DNA of 64,000 nucleotides, taken from Spirochaetaceae bacterium. GTDB lineage: Bacteria; Spirochaetota; Spirochaetia; DSM-2461. Location: assembly GCA_051531975.1 (NCBI GenBank), contig JAOPTT010000017.1:32001-96000 (forward strand). Reading direction: 5' to 3'. A program made the position numbers and the translations under genes. Within the stretch, counting starts at the first letter, position 1; each line of letters opens with the position of its first letter. The notes beneath the pieces are model-generated. The model saw nothing but the letters and a program-made list of their open reading frames with translations. It did not search any database and was not told the origin of the DNA. Shown here piece by piece: positions 27,975 through 38,796 of this stretch.

Positions 27975-29299
27975 TATGCTTCTCCATCAAAGTTATGGCC
28001 CGAGATATTACCCTGTTCCGTTAAGGTATCTTTTATTGATACATCTTCGTCGATATCTTGCCTCAAAAATTTATTTATATCGTCCATTTTATCTATAGCT
28101 TCATCTATATCTGGGCTAGAACCTTTAGCATAGGCACCAATATTAATTAGATCCTCTTTATCTTTATACAGAGCTAACATCTTTCTAATATAACCCATGT
28201 TTTGCTGTACTGGTTTACTTGTAATTTTATTTGTAAGTCTAGAAACTGATTGTAATACATCAACAGCTGGATAGTGGAACTTATGGGCTAGATCTCTACT
28301 TAATACAATATGACCATCTAAGATACCCCTAACTGCATCCGCAATTGGCTCGTCCATATCGTCACCTTCGACTAATATTGTATATAACCCGGTAATTGAA
28401 CCTTTATCGTTAGTTCCAGCACGCTCTAATAGTTTTGGTAACATTGTGAATACCGAAGGAGTATAACCTCTTGTTGCTGGTGGTTCCCCAGTTGAAAGTC
28501 CAATTTCTCTCTGGGCCATTGCAAAACGTGTAACTGAATCAAATAGTAACATAACATCTTTACCCTGGTCTCGGAAAAACTCAGCTACTGCTGTTGCTAC
28601 AAATGCACCTTTGAGTCTAGCTAATGGTGGAGTATCCCCTGTTGCAACAATTACAACTGAACGTTTTAATCCCTCTTCACCTAAATCATTTTCTAGGAAT
28701 TCTAGAACCTCACGGCCCCTCTCTCCTATTAATGCTATAACATTTATATCTGCGTTTGTATTTCGGGCTACCATCCCCATTAATGTAGATTTACCAACAC
28801 CAGAACCTGCAAAGATTCCAACTCTTTGGCCTTTACCTAGTGGGATTAATCCATCTATCGATTTAACACCTGTAATTATTCTGTCTTCTATTCGTTTACG
28901 GCTCATGGCATTTGGAGGTTTGTTCATGGCAGGGTATCTAGTTGTTGAAACTATTGCACCTTTGCCATCTGTTGGTCTTCCAAGTCCATCTAAAACTCTA
29001 CCTAACATGTCGTTAGATACGTTCACATGCAAAGTTTCACCACTTGCTGTTACTAAAGATCCAATTTTTACACCATCCATTTCACCAAATGGCATTAGCT
29101 GAACAGTTGTTCCTTTAAGTGCAACAACTTCGCACCATAGTCTTTCTGCAGCATCAATAGTTATATAACAGAGTTCCCCAATAACAGCCTGGGGCCCAGA
29201 GCTCTCTATCATCATGCCGTGGATACCGATAACACTACCTGTAAACTTTACAGGTTCGAGTTTATCTAAAGTTGAAAAATATTTATCAAAGATCTCCAT
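27974..29299 (-). CDS. fliI: Flagellar export ATPase FliI
   Basis: 'GQRVGIFAGSGVGKST', 'DSVTRFAMAQREIG', 'LDGHIVLSR'. Confidence 0.96.
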   Translation of the reverse strand: MEIFDKYFSTLDKLEPVKFTGSVIGIHGMMIESSGPQAVIGELCYITIDAAERLWCEVVALKGTTVQLMPFGEMDGVKIGSLVTASGETLHVNVSNDMLGRVLDGLGRPTDGKGAIVSTTRYPAMNKPPNAMSRKRIEDRIITGVKSIDGLIPLGKGQRVGIFAGSGVGKSTLMGMVARNTNADINVIALIGERGREVLEFLENDLGEEGLKRSVVIVATGDTPPLARLKGAFVATAVAEFFRDQGKDVMLLFDSVTRFAMAQREIGLSTGEPPATRGYTPSVFTMLPKLLERAGTNDKGSITGLYTILVEGDDMDEPIADAVRGILDGHIVLSRDLAHKFHYPAVDVLQSVSRLTNKITSKPVQQNMGYIRKMLALYKDKEDLINIGAYAKGSSPDIDEAIDKMDDINKFLRQDIDEDVSIKDTLTEQGNISGHNFDGEA

Positions 29300-30233
29300 A
29301 TTCCTCTAACCTCTTTTTCTCCATATCTGCTTTAATTGGCATTAGATCTCGGATTCTGTCTTCGATCTCTCTTAACTGACTAGAAATTCTAGCATCTATA
29401 CGTCCAAGGTTAGTTTCAATTATACAGCCACCCTTCTCAATAGTAGAGTCCTCTAATACTGTAATAGCAGAGACACTTTCTATCATCTCCATAAAGTCTT
29501 TAATATGCTCAGTTGTTAGGTTTACATCTGCAAGGTTAACTTTAATTTCAACTTCACCCCTAGATTTCATTTTTCTCAGAGCCTGAACAACATTACTTAA
29601 TATAACATTTTTTTGATCTTCTGAGATAACTTTTACAACTTTTTTAGAAATTAGAAGTACAAGCTCAACCATCTGATTTTCAGCTTCCATTATAATTTCA
29701 CGTCGTTTATCTATTGCTGCATTTAGAACTTTATGTACTCGATCTACAAGTCTCTGAACTTCATCATGCCCAGAGGCGTAACCCTCTTCTTTACCGATTG
29801 TTACACCTTTATCTAAAGCTTCTGCTCTAATTCTCTCTGTTTCAGCCTTAGCTTCTGTTATGAGTTTTTCAGCTTCTACTTTAGCCTCGTTTACTGTCTG
29901 TACTGCTTCATCTTTTAACTTATTAGCTTCTATCTGAGCGTCTTCAATTGTACGTTGAGCCATCTGAGCACTAGATTCCTGAGCTTTTTCTTTGATAGAA
30001 AATACTTCGTTTTCTGCCTGGGATATCATGAACTGTTTCTCTTCGTCCCATCTGGCTTTAAACTCTTCGGCTTCCCGTCTTAAATCGTCTGCTGTAGGGC
30101 CTAAATATTCATCTATCTCTTCTAACTCGTCTAACTCTTCAACTTCTTCTAAACTTTCAAAAACCGGTGGAGCAATCTCAACTTTTTGTACGAGATTCAT
30201 TATTTCCATCGGTCTAAATACATTTTGTGCCAT
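29286..30233 (-). CDS. fliH: Flagellar assembly protein FliH
   Basis: GxxxG repeats, C-terminal 'GGCIIETNLGRIDARI'; lies between fliG and fliI. Confidence 0.93.
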   Translation of the reverse strand: MAQNVFRPMEIMNLVQKVEIAPPVFESLEEVEELDELEEIDEYLGPTADDLRREAEEFKARWDEEKQFMISQAENEVFSIKEKAQESSAQMAQRTIEDAQIEANKLKDEAVQTVNEAKVEAEKLITEAKAETERIRAEALDKGVTIGKEEGYASGHDEVQRLVDRVHKVLNAAIDKRREIIMEAENQMVELVLLISKKVVKVISEDQKNVILSNVVQALRKMKSRGEVEIKVNLADVNLTTEHIKDFMEMIESVSAITVLEDSTIEKGGCIIETNLGRIDARISSQLREIEDRIRDLMPIKADMEKKRLEEYGDL

Positions 30234-30244
30234 CTAGATAACCC

Positions 30245-31270
30245 CTATACCATTACGTCTTCTTCGCCACCACGTGCAATAATAACTTCACCTTGCTCTT
30301 CAAGTTTCCGTATTATTGATACGATCTTCTGTTGGGCATCTTCTACATCTTTACGTCTAGTAGGACCCATATATTCCATATCCTCTTTTAAAAGAGCCGC
30401 AGCTCTCTTACTCATGTTTCTGTATATTTTATCTTGTACATCACCATCACAACCTTTAAGGGCTTTAGATAATTCTGATGTATCAACTTCACGCATGATT
30501 TTCTGGATAGATTTATCGTCAAGCATAACAATGTCCTCGAATACAAACATTCGTTTCTTGATCTCTTCTGCTAATTCTGGATCGTCTTCTTCTAGTACCT
30601 CGATAATACTTTTCTCTGTAGTTCTATCTACAAGGTTTAAGATTTCTACGATACTTTCAACACCACCTGCCGAGGTATAATCCTCTTGAGATACTGATGA
30701 TAGTTTCTTCTCTAGTACCCGCTCAACCTCTCTTAAAATCTCAGGAGAGGTTCTTTGCATTGTTGCAATACGTCTAGCAACATCTGACTGTTTTTCGGCT
30801 GGGAGTTGTCCTAAAATAACAGATGCTTTTGCTGGTTCTAAATATGCTAAAATAAGAGCGATAGTTTGTGGATGCTCCTGTTGTATAAAGTTTAAAAGGT
30901 GGGCAGGGTCCGTTCTTCTAATAAAGTCAAAAGGTCTAGTTTGTAGGGAGGATGTAAGTCTGTTAATTATATCAACAGCCTTTTGGTTACCTAATGATTT
31001 TTCTAAAAGTTCACGGGCGTAATCTATACCACCGTTAGATATAAAGTCCTGAGCTAACATTAGCTCTTGAAACTCACCTAATACCTGGTCACGTTGTTCT
31101 GAGTCTATATTATCTAATCGGGCAATCTCAAAGGTTAAAACTTCGATCTCGTCCTCTCTTAAATGCTTAAATATCTCTGAAGATATCTCAGATCCAAGGG
31201 TTACAAGGAATATGGCAGCTTTCTGTCGTCCTGTGAGTTCCTCTTTGTGGGTCTGTTTTTTCTTAGCCAT
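30245..31270 (-). CDS. fliG: Flagellar motor switch protein FliG
   Basis: 'LTGRQKAAI', 'EHPQTIALIL', 'MFVFEDI'. Confidence 0.97.
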   Translation of the reverse strand: MAKKKQTHKEELTGRQKAAIFLVTLGSEISSEIFKHLREDEIEVLTFEIARLDNIDSEQRDQVLGEFQELMLAQDFISNGGIDYARELLEKSLGNQKAVDIINRLTSSLQTRPFDFIRRTDPAHLLNFIQQEHPQTIALILAYLEPAKASVILGQLPAEKQSDVARRIATMQRTSPEILREVERVLEKKLSSVSQEDYTSAGGVESIVEILNLVDRTTEKSIIEVLEEDDPELAEEIKKRMFVFEDIVMLDDKSIQKIMREVDTSELSKALKGCDGDVQDKIYRNMSKRAAALLKEDMEYMGPTRRKDVEDAQQKIVSIIRKLEEQGEVIIARGGEEDVMV

Positions 31271-31277
31271 TTATTAC

Positions 31278-32984
31278 CTACTCCTCTGCTAACCAGGTTC
31301 TGATAAGTTGTGCAACATCTTCAGGGTGCTCACGGGCAACATTAAGCGCCTGTTCTTGCATCTCAAGTCGTGCTCTGTCTTCAACAGACATTTCAACTTC
31401 CATACCATCTTCTTCTGCACTTCTAAGTGCTGCTTCACGCATTGCTTGATGTTGTCGAGCCATCTCTTCTTCTTTAAGTCTTCGACGTCTCTCCATCTCT
31501 TTGGAAACTATACGCATAACAACAAATATGATTACAATTAAAACTAGCCCTAAAATAGAAAATAGTACAATCTTTTTTCTATTTTGTGCATCGCGTTCTA
31601 TTTTATTTTCAGCTTCAAATTCAGCTGATCTATCAAACTGAATTGCTTGAACTGTTACAGAATCACCATTTGCAATATCAAAGTTAATAGCTTTTTTGAT
31701 TAACTCTTCAGCTGCTGCTATTTCTTCTACTGTTAATGGTATAAAATCTCTAACTATTAAACCACTTTCAATTAGAATATTTCCATCTTTATCATACTGT
31801 TTCTTCCAACGACCATCAATATTAACCGCAACGGAAGTTCTCTCTTTTTTCCACTGACTTTTAATTTGGTTGGTTTTTATAGTATTTATCTCTTTATTTA
31901 TAATTTCACTGCTTTGATTATAGGTTCCTGCCATTGTATCAAGTTCCTGATACTGTGGTGGAGTTTGTCCTTCAGCCCCTGCTGGACCTTCTGGAGTAAA
32001 CCCTGAACCTTGAAATTCTGTTTTATTTACTTTTGTAGAAACTACAATAGACTCCTGGTTAACCTCTTCACTGTATCCAGTTTCAGGATTATCCTTAGTC
32101 ATTATTATAGGAGTATGTTCCTCTTTCTGAATTTCTACAACATCGGTATTTAATGTAACGTCTAAGTTAACAAATGCAACTCGACCTGGTGTAAAAATTG
32201 TTTCTAAAGCTTTAATAATTGATGTTTCATATTTTAGCTCAAAACGCTCTTTTTGGTCCATCTCTTTATTACCTAAAGCGAGTCTGTCAAATACAGCCAT
32301 CTCTTCATCTGTAACATTTAGAACTATACCTGTTGTTCTATCTATAATTTTAATATTTTCTTTTTTAAGATTAACTACCGACGTCATTATTAATTGTACA
32401 ACACCTGAAATTTGTGCTCTATCCGATGTAAAAGTAGAACCATGTTTGGCTCTAATAGACACCGATACTGTATTAGGTTTTTCATTCTCTTTAAAAAGTT
32501 CTTTTTCTGGAATTACAATTGTAACTGAAGCATCTTCAATACTATCAAGAGTCTCAATATGGTATTCTAGCTGTTTTTTAACTGCTATCTGAAGTTTTTG
32601 CTCTTTATCCCACTGTGTTTCAGTAAAACTTGGGTTACCTAAAGCTTCAAAACCTGTTAGACCGCCTGGTACTGAGTTTGTAGAAACTAATTTTGCTCTA
32701 ATTTTTTGAGCTAAAAAGTCACTATTAACTTTAACAGTTACACCATCTGTAGCTATAGTAAAGTCCTGATTCATAGTTCTAAGATTAAATTGAAGTTCTT
32801 GTGATTGTTCTTCGGTTAAACCGCTATAGATCGCGACACTAGATGGCCCTGAATTAACACTAACAACTGCCGAAAGTGCTCCTATAACTGCTATTACGAT
32901 TACTGCAAGAATTATTTTCTGCATTACGGACCATTTGCCCCATAACTCAATAATCTTGGTTATTATCTGTTTTATAAAATCCAT
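31278..32984 (-). CDS. fliF: Flagellar MS-ring protein FliF
   Basis: Two TM segments around a large periplasmic region; C-terminal 'PEDVAQLIRTWL'; lies between fliE and fliG. Confidence 0.93.
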   Translation of the reverse strand: MDFIKQIITKIIELWGKWSVMQKIILAVIVIAVIGALSAVVSVNSGPSSVAIYSGLTEEQSQELQFNLRTMNQDFTIATDGVTVKVNSDFLAQKIRAKLVSTNSVPGGLTGFEALGNPSFTETQWDKEQKLQIAVKKQLEYHIETLDSIEDASVTIVIPEKELFKENEKPNTVSVSIRAKHGSTFTSDRAQISGVVQLIMTSVVNLKKENIKIIDRTTGIVLNVTDEEMAVFDRLALGNKEMDQKERFELKYETSIIKALETIFTPGRVAFVNLDVTLNTDVVEIQKEEHTPIIMTKDNPETGYSEEVNQESIVVSTKVNKTEFQGSGFTPEGPAGAEGQTPPQYQELDTMAGTYNQSSEIINKEINTIKTNQIKSQWKKERTSVAVNIDGRWKKQYDKDGNILIESGLIVRDFIPLTVEEIAAAEELIKKAINFDIANGDSVTVQAIQFDRSAEFEAENKIERDAQNRKKIVLFSILGLVLIVIIFVVMRIVSKEMERRRRLKEEEMARQHQAMREAALRSAEEDGMEVEMSVEDRARLEMQEQALNVAREHPEDVAQLIRTWLAEE

Positions 32985-33030
32985 TGTTGACTCCCCTCCC
33001 AAAAAGAAAACTTATTAAAAAACTAAAAGA

Positions 33031-33372
33031 TTATCTTAACGATGTAATCTCTTTATATGCTTTTACCGCTCTATCAATAACTGCCTTTGTTACATTTAGA
33101 GACATATCAGCTTTAGCCATGGCGATTGTTAAATCGTGGGTATCAACTGAATCTGGGTTTGTTATCATCTGCTCCATTAATCCTGCAGAGTTCATCTGAT
33201 CAGCATTTACACTGCCAATGGCTTCTAACATCATCTCTTCGAAACTAACCCCATTTGTATCAGTTAAAGGTGCCTGTACCCCTTCTGTATTCAAATGTAA
33301 TGGATTTGTTCTTTTAATATCAACTAAGTCGCCTACTACCTGGTTGCTACTTAAAACATCTAATATACTCAT
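33031..33372 (-). CDS. fliE: Flagellar hook-basal body protein FliE
   Basis: 'DTHDLTIAMAKADMSL...AYKEI'. Confidence 0.92.
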   Translation of the reverse strand: MSILDVLSSNQVVGDLVDIKRTNPLHLNTEGVQAPLTDTNGVSFEEMMLEAIGSVNADQMNSAGLMEQMITNPDSVDTHDLTIAMAKADMSLNVTKAVIDRAVKAYKEITSLR

Positions 33373-33378
33373 TCTCTA

Positions 33379-33837
33379 TTACCTCCCGATTTCTAGAGCT
33401 TTACTAAACATAGCTTTTGTTCCCTCTATAACAGATACATTAGCTTCGTATGCCCTTGAAGCCGAGATCATATCTACCATTTCGGTAACTGGATTTACAT
33501 TTGGGTACTGAACGTAACCCTTTTGTGGACCAACTTTAACAGCATCAGGATGGGTAGGATCCCAAACTAATCTAAGATCTGAGTCCATATCCTTCTCAAT
33601 CTTGTCTACCTTAACACCTCTTCCAACACCGTTGTCTAGATCTTCTGGCATAAAAGGACTGTTCCAGTATGGTTGGTCTACATTTCCTTTTAAAACAACA
33701 CGGCTTCTTCTGTAAGGACCACCATCTGCAGTTCTTGTAGTATCTGCATTTGCAATGTTGTCAGATATTACATCTAGTCTTAGTCTCTGTGCAGTTAAAC
33801 CACTTGCTGCTGTATTTATTGAACTAAACATTCCCAT
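33379..33837 (-). CDS. flgC: Flagellar basal-body rod protein FlgC
   Basis: 'SGLTAQRLRLDVISDNIANA', 'HPDA', 'YPNVN..EMVDMISASRAYEAN'. Confidence 0.96.
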   Translation of the reverse strand: MGMFSSINTAASGLTAQRLRLDVISDNIANADTTRTADGGPYRRSRVVLKGNVDQPYWNSPFMPEDLDNGVGRGVKVDKIEKDMDSDLRLVWDPTHPDAVKVGPQKGYVQYPNVNPVTEMVDMISASRAYEANVSVIEGTKAMFSKALEIGR

Positions 33838-33846
33838 ATCTTATAC

Positions 33847-34263
33847 CTACCTTACTACCATGTTAATTTTTTGAAACTGTTTGCTTACTGACTGAGTTAA
33901 TAACTGATATCTCATCTGATTTTTAACAACATCCATCATCTCTCTTTCAATGTCTACGTTGTTACCGTTACTATCCGCCTGTGTCATGTAATCTAAAACC
34001 CGTCTTGGTTTAATTGTTTTGTAATCAACAGTTCTATCGTCTGGGATATGTTTATCATTTGTCATCTTCATTTCAAAATCTGAGCTATTATAGCTATTTA
34101 AAGCCTTAGTTAAAGAAGCTTCAAAAGTAACATCAGTTCTTTTAAAATTTGGTGTTTCTGCATTCGCAATGTTGTTGGATATTACCTCTCGCCTTAAAAG
34201 TGATACATCCATAGTTCTTTGCAATACATCTAAACTTTTTCCAAATGTTGTATTATCAAACAT
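33847..34263 (-). CDS. flgB: Flagellar basal-body rod protein FlgB
   Basis: 'ISNNIANAETPNFKR', 'NGNNVDIEREM'. Confidence 0.96.
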   Translation of the reverse strand: MFDNTTFGKSLDVLQRTMDVSLLRREVISNNIANAETPNFKRTDVTFEASLTKALNSYNSSDFEMKMTNDKHIPDDRTVDYKTIKPRRVLDYMTQADSNGNNVDIEREMMDVVKNQMRYQLLTQSVSKQFQKINMVVR

Positions 34264-34309
34264 AAATCCCTCCGGGTTGATGGTATACCGTCAACCATAT
34301 TAATATATA

Positions 34310-34336
34310 TTTTCGGTATTAAAAAAAATTACCTTA
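34310..34336 (-). promoter_or_regulatory. Sigma28 (FliA)-like promoter upstream of flgB
   Basis: Minus strand TAAG-N15-ACCGAAAA versus consensus TAAA-N15-GCCGATAA. Confidence 0.65.
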
Positions 34337-34343
34337 ATCTTTT

Positions 34344-35735
34344 TTAAAGTATGTACCGACTAAGGTCTCTATCCTGGGATAGATCTTTTAATCTTTCGTC
34401 TACAAAGTCCTTAGTAATCTCTATTTTTTCACCTTTATTATCAGGTGCGTTAAAAGAGATATCCTCTAAAAGGTGCTCTAAGATTGTATGTAATCTTCTA
34501 GCTCCGATATTCTCTGTTTTGTTATTAACATCTTCTGCAATTTTTGCAATTCGTTTTATTGAATCCTCAGTAAATGTTAACTCAATCTCTTCAGTTTTAA
34601 GTAGCTCTATATACTGTTTGGTTAAAGATGCCTTTGGTTTTGTTAAAATTGCTTCAAAAGCTTCTGCATCTAAATCTTGTAGTTCAACTCTTAATGGGAA
34701 ACGACCCTGTAGTTCTGGAATTAAGTCAGAAGGTTTACTCATAGTAAATGCACCGGCCGCTATAAATAGAATATGTGTTGTATCTACAATTCCGTGTTTT
34801 GTATTAACTTTAGACCCTTCAACTATTGGCAGAATGTCTCTTTGAACACCCTGTCTTGAAACATCTTGGCCACCACCACCAGAACCTTTAGCTGCAATTT
34901 TATCAATTTCATCAATAAAAATTATTCCCATATCCTGAACTCTGTTTCTAGCAATGTCCACAGCGTTATCGGTATCTATAAGTTTATCTCTCTGCTCTGA
35001 TAAAATAATATCTCTTGCTTGTTTAACAGTTACAATTCTTTTTTTCTTATTTCCACCAGGGGATAACATACCAGTAATTGCACCGATATTCATCTCCATA
35101 TTTTGGAACTCCCCACCACCTAAAACTTCAAATGATGATGATTTTGTTACAGAGATTTCAATCTCTTTTTCCTCTAACTTACCATCACGGAGCATCTCTC
35201 TAAACTTCTCTCTTGTAGAATTTGTAGAGTTTGTAGATGTATCCTCAGTTGGAGCTATTACATTATCTTCTGGGTTAAAACCAAGATCGGCTTTTTTATC
35301 TTTTTTAAGACCAGGTAAAAGATAGTCTAATAATATCTCCTCTGTTCTATTTTTAGCATCGACTTCTATGCCATCTTGCATTTCAGTTTTAACCATAGAT
35401 ACAGCTGATGCCATTAGGTCTCGAACCATAGATTCAACATCTCGACCTACATAACCAACTTCAGTAAACTTTGTAGCTTCTACTTTAATAAAAGGAGCTC
35501 GTGCTAATTTTGAAAGTCTTCTAGCAATCTCAGTTTTACCAACACCAGTTGGCCCAATCATGATTATATTTTTAGGTGATACTTCATTTCTAATATCGTC
35601 GTCTAATAAAAAACGTCTCATCCTGTTTCTAAGGGCAATTGCAACAATCTTTTTTGCATTATCTTGACCAATAATATGTTTATCAAGCTCTTTAACTATA
35701 GATTTTGGAGTACCCTCTTCCATATTTAATTTCAT
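34344..35735 (-). CDS. hslU: ATP-dependent protease ATPase subunit HslU
   Basis: 'GPTGVGKTEIARRL', 'GYVGRDVESMVRDL', 'PELQGRFP', C-terminal 'DLSRYIL'. Confidence 0.97.
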   Translation of the reverse strand: MKLNMEEGTPKSIVKELDKHIIGQDNAKKIVAIALRNRMRRFLLDDDIRNEVSPKNIIMIGPTGVGKTEIARRLSKLARAPFIKVEATKFTEVGYVGRDVESMVRDLMASAVSMVKTEMQDGIEVDAKNRTEEILLDYLLPGLKKDKKADLGFNPEDNVIAPTEDTSTNSTNSTREKFREMLRDGKLEEKEIEISVTKSSSFEVLGGGEFQNMEMNIGAITGMLSPGGNKKKRIVTVKQARDIILSEQRDKLIDTDNAVDIARNRVQDMGIIFIDEIDKIAAKGSGGGGQDVSRQGVQRDILPIVEGSKVNTKHGIVDTTHILFIAAGAFTMSKPSDLIPELQGRFPLRVELQDLDAEAFEAILTKPKASLTKQYIELLKTEEIELTFTEDSIKRIAKIAEDVNNKTENIGARRLHTILEHLLEDISFNAPDNKGEKIEITKDFVDERLKDLSQDRDLSRYIL

Positions 35736-36266
35736 TTAAACTACCTCAACAATTATGTTTTTATTTGTATAAATACAGATTTCACCAGCAATGTTAAGAG
35801 ATCTCTCTGCAATCTCTGGCGCTGTTAAATCAGATCCGTCTAAGTATGCTAATGCAGCAGAATATGCAAAATTTCCACCACTACCAATTGCTATTGCACC
35901 GTTTTGTGGCTCTATAACATCACCATTACCACTTAGTAGATAGATCTGTGTTTTATCAGCAACTAACAACATAGCGTCTAATTTTCTAAGTGCTCTATCT
36001 GTTCTCCACTCTTTCGCAAGTTCAACAGCTGCTCTTGTTAAATCACCTGAGTATTGGTTTAATCTATCTTCAAAAAGTTCTTCTAATGTAAAAGCATCTG
36101 CAGTTGAACCTGCAAAGCCAGCTACAACTTTTCCGTTATATATTCTTCTTACTTTACGTGCATTACCTTTCATACATGCGTTACCTAAAGTTACCTGGCC
36201 ATCTCCAGCCACAGCGATAACTCCATCTTTTTTTACTGCAAGTATTGTTGTTCCTCTAATATCCAT
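35736..36266 (-). CDS. hslV: ATP-dependent protease subunit HslV
   Basis: 'MDIRG-TTIL', 'GDGQVTLG', 'GSGGNFA'; start reassigned to the Met after AAGGAG. Confidence 0.96.
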   Translation of the reverse strand: MDIRGTTILAVKKDGVIAVAGDGQVTLGNACMKGNARKVRRIYNGKVVAGFAGSTADAFTLEELFEDRLNQYSGDLTRAAVELAKEWRTDRALRKLDAMLLVADKTQIYLLSGNGDVIEPQNGAIAIGSGGNFAYSAALAYLDGSDLTAPEIAERSLNIAGEICIYTNKNIIVEVV

Positions 36267-36276
36267 AAACCACTCC

Positions 36277-37152
36277 TTAATTCCTTGTTCCATGGGGGTG
36301 TGCCCCACGATACACCTGCCGTAATTTTTCAATACCGGTATGTGTATATATCTGAGTCGTAGATATACTTTTATGTCCTAGAAGTTCCTGAACAATTCGT
36401 ATATCTGCCCCCTCATTTAAAAGGTGTGTCGCAAAAGTATGCCTAAACGTATGTGGGCTCACTTTTTTATCAACTCCAGCCTCTCTTATTCTTTTATCTA
36501 TAAGGTAGTAGATTCCTCTTGTTGTAATCTCTACTGCTTTATAGTCAAGAAACAGTGAATCATTTTCTTCACCTTTCTTTTTTAATAGTTCTTCCCGTAT
36601 TGGAAGATATTTTGTTATAAGGCTTATTACATCGGGAGTAAAGTATACAAATCTATCTTTGTCCCCTTTCCCTACAACCTGTACTCGGCCTTGTTCACTT
36701 TGTACTTGGCTAACTCTGATTCCAATTAGTTCCGAAACCCGACACCCAGTACTATAAAGAGTTTTAAATATTAACAGATCTCTAACACTGAAAAAATCTT
36801 CACCCTCTTTATTAAATATTTTTTCCAAATCCTTAAAAAACAGATAATTTGGTAATTTGCTCTCTTTTTTAAGAGATTTTATCTGGTTAAAAGGGTTATC
36901 TTCCCTTATTCCACTTAAAATCTCAAATCTGTAATAGCTTCTAATAGCACTTAACTGTCTATTTACAGTAGAAGCTTTTAAACCTTTTTTTTGCAGAACA
37001 ACTAAATAGGATCTAATTATAGATCTAGTTACTTTTTCTCTGCCGTCTAAAAAAGTTTCCCATGCTGTAATATCCCTAGTGTAACTAACTGCAGTATATT
37101 CACTTACAGATCTTACACTTCTAAGATAACTAATAAAATTCTCTACGTTCAT
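36277..37152 (-). CDS. xerC: Tyrosine recombinase XerC-like
   Basis: 'GCRVSEL', 'GKGDKDR', '[12 protein letters not shown]', '[14 protein letters not shown]', 'AHPH'; position before hslV. Confidence 0.85.
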   Translation of the reverse strand: MNVENFISYLRSVRSVSEYTAVSYTRDITAWETFLDGREKVTRSIIRSYLVVLQKKGLKASTVNRQLSAIRSYYRFEILSGIREDNPFNQIKSLKKESKLPNYLFFKDLEKIFNKEGEDFFSVRDLLIFKTLYSTGCRVSELIGIRVSQVQSEQGRVQVVGKGDKDRFVYFTPDVISLITKYLPIREELLKKKGEENDSLFLDYKAVEITTRGIYYLIDKRIREAGVDKKVSPHTFRHTFATHLLNEGADIRIVQELLGHKSISTTQIYTHTGIEKLRQVYRGAHPHGTRN

Positions 37153-38093
37153 AGATTAAAAAAGCAACCTTTGTACTTAATAATCTCCCCATCTAATTCC
37201 ATTTTTAATAGTCTATCTGTATGTACAAACTCACTATCAAAACTCTTAATTTCATAAGCTTTAAAAAATGTTTTTAATATTGGATAAGCCGAATCAATTT
37301 TAGTTGCTCCATCTTTGTAAAACCTATCGGAACCTGTAAATCTACTATCTCCAATTCCTACTGAATGAATATAAATATCTGTCCCATTTTGTAATGCAAA
37401 ATCCCCTGTTATTAGTGCTCCGGATTTTTTAGGTGCCTGCATAATTATTAAACTATTAGAAAGTCCTGCAATAATTCTATTTCTTTTAGGAAAGTTAAAC
37501 CTTTTAGGTTCTTCTCCCGGTGGAAATTCGCTTATTATAGCACCTCTATTTTTTAAAATATTACCAGCTAAAGTTTTATTAGATGATGGATAAATTGTAT
37601 CTACTCCCCCACCTAAAACAGCAATAGTTCTACCTTTTGTAGCAACATTCCCACTTTGTACTGCAGCATCAACTCCTAATGCTAAACCAGAGACTACTGC
37701 AACATCTTTTCTGCCTAAATCTAAACCTAATTTAAAAGATTCATGGAACCCTCTAAGGGATGGCTTTCTAGTTCCAACAACTGAGACTAAATCACCTTCT
37801 AATGCATCTAAATCCCCTCTTAAATATAAAATAAAAGGTGGGTCATAAATGTTTTTAAGTCTTGGTGGATAATTATTATCTGCTAATGTAACTATTTTTA
37901 TATCCATCTTTTTAATAATTTCTACTATCTGGTTAAATCTATTAAAAGCGTATCCCTTCTCTAATTTATATTTTGTTAACTGCCTTAAGTCTTCACAAAC
38001 ATCTATTAACTCTTCTAGATTATAGTTTTTATTTAGAAGTGCCAATTTACTGTTGTTTGTCCCTTTTAATAGAGATATTAAGACTCTATTCAC
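37149..38093 (-). CDS. dprA: DNA-processing protein DprA (Smf)
   Basis: 'YPPRLKNIYDPP', 'VVGTR', 'VVSGLALGVD', 'FPKRNRIIAGLS'. Confidence 0.95.
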   Translation of the reverse strand: MNRVLISLLKGTNNSKLALLNKNYNLEELIDVCEDLRQLTKYKLEKGYAFNRFNQIVEIIKKMDIKIVTLADNNYPPRLKNIYDPPFILYLRGDLDALEGDLVSVVGTRKPSLRGFHESFKLGLDLGRKDVAVVSGLALGVDAAVQSGNVATKGRTIAVLGGGVDTIYPSSNKTLAGNILKNRGAIISEFPPGEEPKRFNFPKRNRIIAGLSNSLIIMQAPKKSGALITGDFALQNGTDIYIHSVGIGDSRFTGSDRFYKDGATKIDSAYPILKTFFKAYEIKSFDSEFVHTDRLLKMELDGEIIKYKGCFFNL

Positions 38094-38796
38094 CAGTTAA
38101 CCTCTTTAATATTCGATCTCTATTTGTTTCAGCTCTAAATATATGAACATCTTTTTTAGATAGGGATAAAACAGTGTCGTACAGGTCTAAAGCTGCACTT
38201 AACTCATCATCTTTCTCTAATAATAGTGCCAATAATAACATTGCATCAAACTCTCTAGTAGATATTTTTAATAACCTATCTAATAGTGGTTTTGCATCGT
38301 TAGGTCTATCTAATTCGTAAACATATAAAATAGATAGGGCGTATAAACCTTTAGGAAACCTTGGGTTTAACTCGAGGGAGTGTTCATGGTTATATTGCGC
38401 TTTTTGCAGGTATTCCCGTCTAATACTCTCTTCATCCTGGCTTTTTGCATATTGTCCTGCTGCTACACCTCTATAATAGTGCAACATTTCACTGTTTGGG
38501 TAAAACTCGATAGCATTATTAAAGTGATCATATGCTTTTTTATACATTTTATAATGCATCATTTTAACACCTAAAGCTCTTTGGAAATTTCCAATTTTCT
38601 GGTATTTCTCTAAAGTTTCTTCAAGATCTTTCTCTATTTTTTTTATATCTTTTGTAAGCTCATTTAATCTTTTATCTCTATTAGATTCTTTATTTTCTTC
38701 TGTTTCGTAAACCTGACTAGCTAAGTTTTTTGTTTTTTCACTAGTACAACTAAAAAATATACTAATTATCAAAATTATAAAAGCTGTTTTTTTCAT
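38086..38796 (-). CDS. TPR-containing lipoprotein (conserved in this spirochete gene cluster)
   Basis: Lipobox 'SIFFSC'; TPR-like helices 'AYDHFNNAIEFYP', 'HSLELNPRF'. Confidence 0.75.
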   Translation of the reverse strand: MKKTAFIILIISIFFSCTSEKTKNLASQVYETEENKESNRDKRLNELTKDIKKIEKDLEETLEKYQKIGNFQRALGVKMMHYKMYKKAYDHFNNAIEFYPNSEMLHYYRGVAAGQYAKSQDEESIRREYLQKAQYNHEHSLELNPRFPKGLYALSILYVYELDRPNDAKPLLDRLLKISTREFDAMLLLALLLEKDDELSAALDLYDTVLSLSKKDVHIFRAETNRDRILKRLTGE

